Source: a bacterium (GTDB lineage Bacteria; JAMCPX01). Taken from it: a DNA stretch of 47,010 nt. The stretch lies in assembly GCA_037439545.1 (NCBI GenBank), contig JBBIVV010000017.1, positions 1 through 47,010 on the forward strand. The letters are read 5' to 3'. Under the pieces are notes generated by a model. It did no database searches. It was not told the DNA's origin and saw nothing but the letters and a program-made list of their open reading frames with translations. Positions 11,035-19,791 of the stretch are shown here, one piece after another; the first letter of the stretch is position 1, and every line of letters begins with the position of its first letter. Position numbers and translations under genes: made by a program.

Positions 11035-11284
11035 GTTAACCCGAAAAATGCAAGAGGGGAATTTGCTCATTCGCTCAATCCTGCGATCCACCTAAGATAT
11101 AAATGGGTTTTGCTATGAATGATTTTTAAGTCCTTGGTAAGTTTATATGCACACATCAGTAGCGGTTGTTCTATGGATATTCGAAGAATACCTTTGTTTG
11201 ACGCAGCGACCCTTCCCTCTCGGGTGGGTACCCCTCGCTCATAGCACAAACTCCCCTATTAACAAATGCATTTTTCGGGTTAAC
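11035..11284. mobile_element. MITE-like element with 18-bp perfect terminal inverted repeats
   Basis: GTTAACCCGAAAAATGCA at 11035-11052 and its reverse complement at 11267-11284; further internal symmetry (AGGGGAATTTG / CAAACTCCCCT); lies between convergent genes. Confidence 0.6.
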
Positions 11285-11285
11285 T

Positions 11286-12032
11286 CTATTGTTCTTTTAA
11301 TGCCCTGTCCGTAAACAACCTGTCGCTGAGGTCTGTGTCGATCTTAATTTCTTTGACCGTTATTTCTGTTTTGTGATTTTCCTGGACATTGGTCATTGTC
11401 ATGGACATCGGAAACCATTTGGTGCCCACCTTTTTTATCTCAGTGTTCAAGAGGGTCTTGAGCAGCTTGCCGGATGGATCATAGAACTCCATTTTTAAAG
11501 GTACAAAGGTATCGTCCTTTACCCATATCTTCACCATGCGGTAAACTGAATCGCTCGGTTTCGGTTTGAGCACAAGCTGGTACTCTCCATCGTTGTAGCT
11601 TTCCACTGTTGCGGTAAAATCTTTTGCAAGTCCCTCTGAGCTGAGGTCTTTGTAATTAAAATCAGACCCCATGAAATTTCCAGTGGAGACATGGCCTGCT
11701 ATCCTCCTTACCTTGCCGAGTGCCGGCATATAAAGCCACATATTGTCGCTGCTTCGGGATAAGAAACCGGTGCCTTTGATATCTGCCGGTGCAAGAAACC
11801 GTATAAGGTGGTAGTTGGAGCCTTTTGTATACATCTTCAAGGTGCGTTCTGTCGTTGTTCCTCCGCTGTCTATGAGTTTCATAACCGCAACACTGACCTT
11901 GTCTTTTGTAAACTGCTGGTCGTCAATCTTTTTCAATACCTCATCACCCGTAAGTTTAACACCCGCATGTGCAGTGGCAGTTACCAGCAGGAGCACGAGC
12001 GGGAACAGCAAAAGTGTATATGCTTTTTTCAT
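11286..12032 (-). CDS. Outer-membrane lipoprotein-sorting protein (LolA-like)
   Basis: Signal peptide (TATAHA), RFLAPADIKGTGFL, WLYMPALGKVRRI, FMGSDFNYKD; GGAGG RBS. Confidence 0.85.
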   Translation of the reverse strand: MKKAYTLLLFPLVLLLVTATAHAGVKLTGDEVLKKIDDQQFTKDKVSVAVMKLIDSGGTTTERTLKMYTKGSNYHLIRFLAPADIKGTGFLSRSSDNMWLYMPALGKVRRIAGHVSTGNFMGSDFNYKDLSSEGLAKDFTATVESYNDGEYQLVLKPKPSDSVYRMVKIWVKDDTFVPLKMEFYDPSGKLLKTLLNTEIKKVGTKWFPMSMTMTNVQENHKTEITVKEIKIDTDLSDRLFTDRALKEQ

Positions 12033-12059
12033 ACGTACCTCCAGAATTTAATAGAACAT

Positions 12060-12088
12060 ATGGTATGTACTTGCTGAGAGCGTGTCAA
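12060..12088 (-). promoter_or_regulatory. Sigma70-type promoter of the LolA-like gene
   Basis: TTGACA-N17-TACCAT on the minus strand. Confidence 0.65.
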
Positions 12089-12148
12089 CAAATTACAAGT
12101 CGGTATGAAGGAAAATCTGGTTGAATGATGTCATAAATGTAAATCTAC

Positions 12149-12160
12149 GACAATATTGTA
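12149..12160. promoter_or_regulatory. Candidate activator site, copy 1 (palindrome ACAATATTGT)
   Basis: GACAATATTGTA is the reverse complement of TACAATATTGTC at 16410-16421; both lie upstream of -24/-12 promoters. Confidence 0.45.
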
Positions 12161-12242
12161 GTATAGGTTTGCTTAAAGTTAATTTCTTTAAATTGTCTCC
12201 AAATCGGCATGAATAAAGCATCTGGTGCATCTTTTTATATTC

Positions 12243-12258
12243 TGGCACACGCCGTGCC
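12243..12258 (+). promoter_or_regulatory. Sigma54 (-24/-12) promoter
   Basis: TGGCACACGCCGTGCC (GG-N10-GC); a second GG-N10-GC (CGGCATGAATAAAGCA) at 12205-12220; AAGGAGGT RBS follows. Confidence 0.6.
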
Positions 12259-12280
12259 TTTACAGTAACCAAGGAGGTAG

Positions 12281-13045
12281 ATGATGAAAAAGAGAAAATA
12301 CTTGAAAGTGCTGCTCATGACTGCAGCTGCAACAATAATATTGGGCATAGGTAACTACGGGTTTGCATGGGAGACAACGGAATTCTGGACTCCTTGTGTG
12401 ATAGACGTACATCCGTATGCGGTTCCTGAGCTCATGATAGGCAACTTCTTCACTGTGGACAAGAAGATGGCGAATGGTGGAAGCGCATTCCCTACGGATT
12501 TAGCTTTTGAGATAGGCGTCCTTCCGTTCGACAAGATACAGATGGAGGTAGGTATCGATGCCATGGAACCGTCCGATGATCCTTATATGTTCAACACAAA
12601 GATTGGAACACCGGAGGACTCACTATTCAAAGGCTCTCCGGGGCTTGCCATAGGTGTATTCGATGTCGGCACAAATCAGACTACGACGGGATACGATATC
12701 GGTGATGTAGTCATAGGAAAAACCATTCCCTCTATCGGCAGGATACATCTCGGATATTACTACGGCAATCATGCCGTACTTTTGAATGGTAACGGCAAGC
12801 CCGAAAATCAGGGATGGATGATTGCTTATGACAGGACTGTGCTCACCATAAGCAAGGACTGGATGGATTCGATCGTTCTTGCTGCAGATTATGCATCGGG
12901 AAAAAACTATATAGGCGGAGGCGGATTCGGACTCTATTTGAACTGGACGAAGAACATAAGCCTGCTCATAGGGCCTACATGGTTTAACGATGCAACGATA
13001 AATGGTCCGATGAAATGGACGACACAACTTTACGTTAATTTTTAA
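12281..13045 (+). CDS. Putative outer-membrane beta-barrel protein
   Basis: Signal peptide, Gly/aromatic-rich amphipathic strands, C-terminal TQLYVNF ending in Phe; strong RBS. Confidence 0.65.
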   Translation: MMKKRKYLKVLLMTAAATIILGIGNYGFAWETTEFWTPCVIDVHPYAVPELMIGNFFTVDKKMANGGSAFPTDLAFEIGVLPFDKIQMEVGIDAMEPSDDPYMFNTKIGTPEDSLFKGSPGLAIGVFDVGTNQTTTGYDIGDVVIGKTIPSIGRIHLGYYYGNHAVLLNGNGKPENQGWMIAYDRTVLTISKDWMDSIVLAADYASGKNYIGGGGFGLYLNWTKNISLLIGPTWFNDATINGPMKWTTQLYVNF

Positions 13046-13057
13046 GAGGAGGTTACC

Positions 13058-14605
13058 ATGAGTGAAGAAAAAATAATAAAAACGGCAGAAGTAAAAAAAA
13101 CACTTGGGCTGACAGGGGTCACCGTCAACGCAATGGCGTTGATCGCACCCGGTGCATTCCTGTGGATCACATACCAGATGCAGGCCGCTGCCACTGCGCC
13201 AAACGGCGCTTCGGTCGCATCCGATATATGGTCTGGCATTATTTTTGCACTGATACTCGCGTTCCTCACCGCTATTTCCTATGCTGAGCTTGCAAAAATA
13301 TATCCTGAGGCAGGGTTCGGGAGTGCTTATTACTTCGCGGAAAAGGCTTTCCTTGACAGTGAAAATAAAAAGCAGCAAAAATGGGCACGTCTGGCTAAAC
13401 TCGTTACCGGCTGGGCTGCACACCTATTTTACTGGGTGTATCCGGGGGTCATGGTTGCCATGATGGCAACGCTGATCGGGTATATGTATACCCAAATTAC
13501 AGGGGCAGCATTATCAAACAGCGTACTTACAATCATTGCAGTGGTTTTTGCCGTATTGACCGGATACATTGCATACCGCGGCGTAACGGGCTCGACAATG
13601 ACGGCGCTGGTAATCAATATTATACAGCTCATCACTCTGGTCGGGTTCAGCACTGCTGCGATTATCTATCGTCTGCATAATCCCCAGGTGGCAGCACACT
13701 GGGCTTTCAGCAATGCATGGGATGTCGTGAAACCTCACTCGCTGGAAGGGGTGCTCATCCAGTCGACTCTTGCGATCCTGATACTGGTCGGGTTTGAAAG
13801 CAGTACTGCCTTTGCTGCGGAGGCGAAAGACCCGAAGCGTGACATTCCCAAAGCAGTGATTATCTCGCTCGTGATCCAGGGATTATTTGCTTATTTGCTG
13901 GAGTACTTTTCTGCCAGTTATATGGTGAGTGAAAAGCTGGTCAATACCGCCGGCAGCACTTCCGTTACCGGAATGGCGGCAGCCGCAGCGTCCGGTGCAC
14001 CGATGGGAGACATGTCAATACTTATCGGGAACAGCATGTTGGGCGGCATAGGCTTTGGTTTGATGATGACAATCGCCGTGACCGTCGGTCTGGCGATACT
14101 TGGGACCACATTGAGCGCTATCAATACAGCCGTGCGCGTCAGCTACGCCATGGCGCAGGACAAAGAAATGCCGGAGTTGCTGAACAGCCTGCATGGCCGT
14201 TTTGCCACTCCGCACAGGGCAGTCTGGGTACTTGTAATCGTGTCCTCGCTCATCGGTGCAATAGGTGTGAGGTCGGTCGTGGGACTCACCGGTATAACGC
14301 TCGCATCGAACTTCGGGACATTCGTATTATACGGTCTGACCTGCATGTGGACCATTATTGCTTTCAAGAAAAGAAAAGAATTCAGTTATGTAAAACATTT
14401 TTTCATTCCGGTGCTCGGACTGATAGCGAACATAGCCATGCTGGGTGCAATCATTTATCTCTATATAATAGGGAACAGTGATGCCAAAACAGAGGCTTAT
14501 ATTTGCTTCGCCATAGCAGGGGCATGGGCTCTCAGCAGCGGGGTATACGTACTCATCAGCAGTAAGCGTGCTGAACGCCCGATAATCGGTGTTACCCATA
14601 GCTAA
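13058..14605 (+). CDS. APC-superfamily amino acid/amine permease
   Basis: About 12 hydrophobic segments, SYAELA...PEAG, GFES...AEAKDPKRDIP, RVSYAMA, FATPHRA. Confidence 0.9.
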   Translation: MSEEKIIKTAEVKKTLGLTGVTVNAMALIAPGAFLWITYQMQAAATAPNGASVASDIWSGIIFALILAFLTAISYAELAKIYPEAGFGSAYYFAEKAFLDSENKKQQKWARLAKLVTGWAAHLFYWVYPGVMVAMMATLIGYMYTQITGAALSNSVLTIIAVVFAVLTGYIAYRGVTGSTMTALVINIIQLITLVGFSTAAIIYRLHNPQVAAHWAFSNAWDVVKPHSLEGVLIQSTLAILILVGFESSTAFAAEAKDPKRDIPKAVIISLVIQGLFAYLLEYFSASYMVSEKLVNTAGSTSVTGMAAAAASGAPMGDMSILIGNSMLGGIGFGLMMTIAVTVGLAILGTTLSAINTAVRVSYAMAQDKEMPELLNSLHGRFATPHRAVWVLVIVSSLIGAIGVRSVVGLTGITLASNFGTFVLYGLTCMWTIIAFKKRKEFSYVKHFFIPVLGLIANIAMLGAIIYLYIIGNSDAKTEAYICFAIAGAWALSSGVYVLISSKRAERPIIGVTHS

Positions 14606-14607
14606 AC

Positions 14608-15390
14608 ATGGACAATAATACCTCTAAGATTGAGTTCTTTCATAGAACCGATAAAGGACTGGTGCGTGAACAGAACGAAGATGCAATCGGCTTCTGGCAG
14701 TATAAAGACGGCGTCCTGTTTGCAGTTGCCGACGGTCTGGGGGCGCACAATGCCGGTGAGGTTGCAAGTAACCTTGCATTAGAGGTGTTGGCAAGGGAGA
14801 TGAACCAATACTCGGGCACCGGAGCATTGACGAAGAACCTGAAGCAGGCGGTGCATCAGGCTAATCTTGAAATTTATCAGAAAGCCATAACAGTGCCCGA
14901 GTTGTACCGCATGGGAGCGGCATTCATTGCCAGCGTCCTGGAAGGCAGTACGCTGGTGACTGCTCACATAGGAGACTGCAGGCTTTACCTTTTACGCGAC
15001 GGCAGCCTCGAACAGCTCACAAAAGATCATACATGGGTGGGAGAAAGGGTACAATACGGGATACTCTCACCTGAAGAGGCGCGGACACACCCGAACCGTC
15101 ATGTTCTGACACGCTATCTTGGATATGAGTTGCTCGCCTCCATAGACTTCCTCAAAATTGACGTCAAGCCCGGAGATGTATTGGTGCAGTGCAGTGACGG
15201 TATTCACAGTTTACTCCCCGACCCGGAGATGGAGCGCCTGCTCATGCAGGGTTCTCCGGAAACCTCCTGCAACGCTATAATTCAGGAAGCTTTAGATGCC
15301 GGTGGTACGGACAACATGAGTCTGCAGATTGCAAAGGTCATATCCTGCGGTGACCGGCCCGTGCAGCCATCGTGGTGGAAATTCTGGTGA
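14608..15390 (+). CDS. PP2C-family Ser/Thr protein phosphatase
   Basis: REQNED, AVADGLG, HIGDCRLY, LTKDH, CSDG, GTDN. Confidence 0.93.
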   Translation: MDNNTSKIEFFHRTDKGLVREQNEDAIGFWQYKDGVLFAVADGLGAHNAGEVASNLALEVLAREMNQYSGTGALTKNLKQAVHQANLEIYQKAITVPELYRMGAAFIASVLEGSTLVTAHIGDCRLYLLRDGSLEQLTKDHTWVGERVQYGILSPEEARTHPNRHVLTRYLGYELLASIDFLKIDVKPGDVLVQCSDGIHSLLPDPEMERLLMQGSPETSCNAIIQEALDAGGTDNMSLQIAKVISCGDRPVQPSWWKFW

Positions 15391-15417
15391 TGATACCGTT
15401 CCTGAGCTTTGCTGAAT

Positions 15418-15446
15418 TTGACAAGCCGGGGTCTTTCAATTAACTT
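15418..15446 (+). promoter_or_regulatory. Candidate internal sigma70 promoter for the kinase
   Basis: TTGACA-N17-TAACTT, 10 nt before ATG 15457; no SD sequence. Confidence 0.45.
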
Positions 15447-15456
15447 GAAGCCTCAT

Positions 15457-16389
15457 ATGGATGATCTTACCGTAGGACAGACTCTCGATCAGTATAAGCT
15501 TCTGGACATTATAGCACGCAGCGGAATGGCTACAATATTCCGTGCACAGGATATCGAAAATGACCGTGTGGTTGTACTCAAAGTGCCCTACCTGCAGTAT
15601 GCAAGTGATATCGTTTTTCACCAGAGGTTTCTCCGCGAAGAACAAATCGGGTTACGGCTCGATCACCATGGTATTATTAAGATATTCAACAATCAAAATA
15701 AAAGCCGCCTTTATCTTGTTATGGAGTATGTGGAGGGTGAATTGCTGAGCGTCCTGATGCAGCGCGAACACCGGCTCTCCATTCCAATTGCCGTGGATTT
15801 CGCAATTCAGATTGCAGATGTGCTTGTGTATTTGCATGATCGCAACGTCGTGCACAGGGATCTTAAACCAAGTAATGTCATGATTATGCCGGACAATAGA
15901 ATAAAACTTATAGATTTTGGTATTGCACTCGATGCGTCCATGCGCAAGATAACATGGTCGGGCCTGTCACAGCCAATCGGTACACCCGACTACATGGCAC
16001 CGGAGCAAATCAAAGGACGGCGCGGCAGCGCACGTACGGATATTTACAGTCTCGGCATAATACTTTATGAAATGCTGATCGGAAAGATGCCGTTTGCAAG
16101 CCACAATATCTATATTGCGATGAGGGCAAAGATGCTTGAAAACCCAATTCCACCATGCCGGTTACGCCGAGACATATCGCCGCAGCTCGAGGAGATCATT
16201 CTGCACGCAATCGAGCGAAATCCCGATGAACGGTTTGAGAGTGCTGTACAGTTCCGGGAAGCGCTTACCCATCAGGATAAAGTTATTCTCGTAAATCGTG
16301 CCGAGCACCAGCATAATAAATCATGGGTGGCATTCTGGTTATGGAAGCTGCGCGCTCTTGCTTTAGGCATAACGCCTCACGGAGAATAA
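15457..16389 (+). CDS. Hanks-type Ser/Thr protein kinase (soluble, no sensor domain)
   Basis: VLKVP, HRDLKPSN, DFG, GTPDYMAPE, DIYSLG; start 15457 (alternative TTG at 15409). Confidence 0.93.
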   Translation: MDDLTVGQTLDQYKLLDIIARSGMATIFRAQDIENDRVVVLKVPYLQYASDIVFHQRFLREEQIGLRLDHHGIIKIFNNQNKSRLYLVMEYVEGELLSVLMQREHRLSIPIAVDFAIQIADVLVYLHDRNVVHRDLKPSNVMIMPDNRIKLIDFGIALDASMRKITWSGLSQPIGTPDYMAPEQIKGRRGSARTDIYSLGIILYEMLIGKMPFASHNIYIAMRAKMLENPIPPCRLRRDISPQLEEIILHAIERNPDERFESAVQFREALTHQDKVILVNRAEHQHNKSWVAFWLWKLRALALGITPHGE

Positions 16390-16409
16390 AAATCGTATTA
16401 TTGGATCCG

Positions 16410-16421
16410 TACAATATTGTC
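16410..16421. promoter_or_regulatory. Candidate activator site, copy 2
   Basis: TACAATATTGTC, about 55 bp upstream of the -24 element. Confidence 0.45.
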
Positions 16422-16473
16422 CTGTTGGAACATTACTGTAAGGTTAGATAGTGGATTGATACGCATAGAAATG

Positions 16474-16490
16474 TGGCACAACTTGTGCAA
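16474..16490 (+). promoter_or_regulatory. Sigma54 (-24/-12) promoter of the PII gene
   Basis: TGGCACAACTTGTGCAA, close to the TGGCAC-N5-TTGCW consensus. Confidence 0.75.
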
Positions 16491-16529
16491 TATGAATAAA
16501 ATGAAGAGAAACAATAAAAGGAGAAAAAC

Positions 16530-16868
16530 ATGAAGATGATAGTAGCTATAATCAAACCTTTTACTTTGGATAAAGTAAAAGAGGCACTCTCGGAAGTAGG
16601 TGTAACGGGAATGACCGTATCCGAGGTCAAAGGGTTCGGCAGGCAAAAGGGGCATACGGAGTTTTACAGGGGCGCTGAGTATAAGACGGATTTTATTCCC
16701 AAAATCAAACTCGAGATTGCCGTGCCGGACAATCAGGTACAGCAGATCGTCCAGGCAATTACATCCGCAGCAAAGACAGGCAGCATCGGCGATGGCAAGG
16801 TATTCGTATTCGGACTTGACGAGGTATTAAGAATAAGAACAGGCGAGATCGGAGATAATGCTGTTTAG
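16530..16868 (+). CDS. glnB: PII nitrogen regulatory protein (GlnB/GlnK)
   Basis: 112 aa; AIIKPF, GFGRQKG, YRGAEY (Tyr51), [16 protein letters not shown]. Confidence 0.95.
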   Translation: MKMIVAIIKPFTLDKVKEALSEVGVTGMTVSEVKGFGRQKGHTEFYRGAEYKTDFIPKIKLEIAVPDNQVQQIVQAITSAAKTGSIGDGKVFVFGLDEVLRIRTGEIGDNAV

Positions 16869-17075
16869 AGAAATTCCGTTTTTTCTGCTCATGTCATAAA
16901 AAGTCACCTCCATAGGATAATGCAGTTTCCATTTCTGTAATTATCCGCCCTCCATATACTTGACAATATGCACGGGGTATTCAATAAGGATAAAAGAAAG
17001 AGTCTTCAATATAATTTTTGGCTGCTTCTTTAAGGGGATAAAATTTAACAAAAGAAAGAATAGAGATAGTGTTTT

Positions 17076-17615
17076 ATGAACATAAGGGAAATATCAAAAG
17101 AAGGAAGAAAGCTCAGCATCACAAAAAACAATGAATGGTTTATGGGTATGATAGGCGATACTGTTGTTGATGTAGAATCCATCGAAGACGATCTGCACTC
17201 TGCCATCGATGTACATCTAAGGGAGGATAAGTCTGTCATTGTTGAAGGTGATGTACATGCAGACGTCATTATGCGGTGCGTGAAGTGCCTCGAGTCATTC
17301 CATACCATAGTCGACAGGCAGTTTAGCGTCTCCATCGAACCTTATGAACAATCGGTCTCGATGAACCGCAACATATCCAGCTCGGACCTTGATGCGGAGT
17401 TCTACAGGAACGATGAATTCGATCCTGACACTGTTGTTTTTGAGCAGATAATGCTTAGTTTACCAATGTACCCCTTATGTAAACCTGATTGCAAAGGACT
17501 ATGCAAGCACTGCGGTATGAATTTAAATGAACATCCCGGACACAGGTGTGATACAAATAAAAGCGATGACAATCCATTCAGGAAGCAGATAGAAAAAATA
17601 AAAAAAACTTTATGA
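17076..17615 (+). CDS. DUF177/YceD family protein
   Basis: CVKCL, PLCKPDCKGLCKHCG; directly upstream of rpmF. Confidence 0.9.
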   Translation: MNIREISKEGRKLSITKNNEWFMGMIGDTVVDVESIEDDLHSAIDVHLREDKSVIVEGDVHADVIMRCVKCLESFHTIVDRQFSVSIEPYEQSVSMNRNISSSDLDAEFYRNDEFDPDTVVFEQIMLSLPMYPLCKPDCKGLCKHCGMNLNEHPGHRCDTNKSDDNPFRKQIEKIKKTL

Positions 17616-17625
17616 AGGAGTAACT

Positions 17626-17808
17626 ATGGCACAGCCGAAGAGAAAACATTCAAAGGCAAGAAGGAATTCAAGAAGGGCAAATTACAAGTTAACGGCTCCG
17701 TCGCTTGTTGCTTGTCCGAGATGCCACCAGCTTATGAAGCCGCATCATGTCTGTCCGACATGCGGTCATTATAACGGCAAAGAGGTCGTGGAGATAAAAG
17801 AAATATAG
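17626..17808 (+). CDS. rpmF: 50S ribosomal protein L32
   Basis: MAQPKRKHSKARR, CPRC...HHVCPTCGHY. Confidence 0.97.
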   Translation: MAQPKRKHSKARRNSRRANYKLTAPSLVACPRCHQLMKPHHVCPTCGHYNGKEVVEIKEI

Positions 17809-17811
17809 TTT

Positions 17812-18816
17812 ATGAAAGTAGCCCTCGATGCTTTTGGAAGCGATCTCTGCCCGGACATAGAGATCAAAGCAGCAAATGAAGCGGTAAAGCAAGGCATTGA
17901 TATCATCCTTGTGGGCGACAGGCAAAAGCTTACTCATGTCGATCCCGGGATAGAGATTGTGGATGCGAAAGAAGTGGTAGCCATGGATGAATCTCCCGCA
18001 AATGCGCTGAGAAAGAAAAAGGACTCATCCATGCGAGTCGCAATAGACCTTGTCAAAAGCGGCAAGGCGGATGCAGTCGTCAGCGCGGGTAATTCAGGCG
18101 CGATGATGGCACTTTCTATGTTTGTCCTGCAAAAACTACCCGGCATTTACAGACCGGCCATAGTCGGCGTTCTGCCGAGCTACAGAGGGAATACGGTCTT
18201 TATCGACATGGGGGCCAATGTAGATTGCAAGCCCCATTATCTTCTGCAGTTTGCGGTCATGGGCAGTGTTTATGCGAAGAAACTTCTCAATCTCACTGAT
18301 CCATCCATAGGTTTGCTCAGCAACGGAGAAGAAGAGGGAAAGGGGAACGAACTCACCTCTCTTACGAATGAACTTCTCAAGGACAGCTCACTGAACTACA
18401 GGGGGTATGTTGAGGGTAAAGATCTGTACATGGGCGATGTTGATGTGATTGTTGCTGACGGGTTTGTAGGCAATGCCGTATTAAAGGCAAGTGAGGGCGT
18501 CGGAGAGATGATAACCAGGATACTGAGGGACAGCTATAAAGCTTCACCCGTTAATATGCTCGGCTATCTGTTATCGAGAGGCGCCTTTACAAGGCTGAAA
18601 AAACGGATCGACTATGCCGAGTACGGAGGCGCACCTTTGATAGGAATAAACGGACTGGCATTGATAAGCCATGGACGTTCCAATGAAAAGGCGCTTTTGA
18701 ACGCAATAAAGCTGTCAAAAAGATTCTATGATACAAAACTCAATGAGGCAATAATAACAGAGCTGAACAAAAATACGGTTTCTTTGGAAAGCATGAAGGA
18801 AGCAGAAGCGAAATGA
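17812..18816 (+). CDS. plsX: Phosphate acyltransferase
   Basis: VALDAFGSD, KKDSSM, VSAGNSGA, DMGANVD, EYGGAPLIG. Confidence 0.96.
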   Translation: MKVALDAFGSDLCPDIEIKAANEAVKQGIDIILVGDRQKLTHVDPGIEIVDAKEVVAMDESPANALRKKKDSSMRVAIDLVKSGKADAVVSAGNSGAMMALSMFVLQKLPGIYRPAIVGVLPSYRGNTVFIDMGANVDCKPHYLLQFAVMGSVYAKKLLNLTDPSIGLLSNGEEEGKGNELTSLTNELLKDSSLNYRGYVEGKDLYMGDVDVIVADGFVGNAVLKASEGVGEMITRILRDSYKASPVNMLGYLLSRGAFTRLKKRIDYAEYGGAPLIGINGLALISHGRSNEKALLNAIKLSKRFYDTKLNEAIITELNKNTVSLESMKEAEAK

Positions 18817-19784
18817 TCAGGACACGAATCACAGAGCTTTTGGGTATAAAATATCCGATACTCCAGGGTGGAATGGTCCATATAGCAACATACGAACTCG
18901 CGTCCGCCGTGTCAAACGCAGGAGGATTGGGTACCATAGGGTGCGGTAATTATCCGGCGGCATGGGTCCGCGAACAGATTTTGAAAATGCGGGAGCTTAC
19001 CGACAGGCCTTTTGCCGTCAATATACTGCTTATCTCACCTCATGTAAAAGATGTGCTGAAGGCAGCCGTCGAATTAAAGCCGAAGATTGTAACGCTTGGA
19101 GCAGGTATACCGCGGCATGAGCTGCCCATGCTTAAAAATGCAGGTATCATGGTCATACCTGTCGTAGGATCGACAAAGTTTGCATCACTCGTTGAAAGAC
19201 TGGGCGCTGATGCGGTCATAGCAGAGGGCATGGAATCAGGCGGAGAGATAGGAGACATGTCTACAATGCCGCTTGTTCCGCTTGTTGTTGACGCCGTATC
19301 CATACCGGTTATTGCAGCTGGAGGTATTGCCGACGGGAGAGGTCTCCTGGCGGCCCTGTCGCTCGGTGCAGAGGCTGTCCAGATGGGGACAAGATTTGTC
19401 GCTTCGAAAGAATGCACTGCGCATGAGAACATGAAGCAGGCCATTGTGAGGGCTGTTGACAGGAGCACAGCAATTACAGGTGCTGCAATAGGCAGCGCGG
19501 TGAGGGCACTGCCGAATAAGCTGACCAGTGGATTCAAAGAGCTTGAAGCGGAGTATCTTTGTTCGGATGAAAAAGAAAAAGAAGCAAAGCGCAAGAAGAT
19601 GATTGAATTCGGCATGGGGGCGACAAGAAAAGGTCTTGTCGAGGGGGACACCGAATACGGCAGTATGCTCGCGGGTCAGATATCATCCCTGATCAAAGAG
19701 ATAAAACCGGTAAAAAATATTATCGAAGATATAATGCAGCAAGCCGAACAGATCATCAAAAACAAAATCTCCGGATGGGTATGA
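18813..19784 (+). CDS. fabK: Enoyl-ACP reductase II / nitronate monooxygenase family
   Basis: YPILQGGM, AVSNAGGLG, IAAGGIADGRG, VQMGTRF; fab-operon position; ESGGE where FabK usually has EAGGH. Confidence 0.8.
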   Translation: MIRTRITELLGIKYPILQGGMVHIATYELASAVSNAGGLGTIGCGNYPAAWVREQILKMRELTDRPFAVNILLISPHVKDVLKAAVELKPKIVTLGAGIPRHELPMLKNAGIMVIPVVGSTKFASLVERLGADAVIAEGMESGGEIGDMSTMPLVPLVVDAVSIPVIAAGGIADGRGLLAALSLGAEAVQMGTRFVASKECTAHENMKQAIVRAVDRSTAITGAAIGSAVRALPNKLTSGFKELEAEYLCSDEKEKEAKRKKMIEFGMGATRKGLVEGDTEYGSMLAGQISSLIKEIKPVKNIIEDIMQQAEQIIKNKISGWV

Positions 19785-19791
19785 TATTATT

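Noticed and set aside
11067..11249. 60-aa ORF inside the inverted-repeat element
   Set aside because: No motif or transposase similarity; too short to support
12150..12159. ACAATATTGT as an NrdR box
   Set aside because: Shorter than the 16-bp NrdR palindrome, not in tandem, and not upstream of nrd genes
12623..13423. 266-aa minus-strand ORF and other long antisense or alternate-frame ORFs (2527-3114, 7192-7758, 19040-19651, 28194-28760)
   Set aside because: Shadows of well-supported genes, with no recognisable motifs
16530..16868. Cyanobacterial-type PII Ser49 phosphorylation by the adjacent kinase and PP2C
   Set aside because: Residue 49 is Ala (RGAEY); Tyr51 is retained instead
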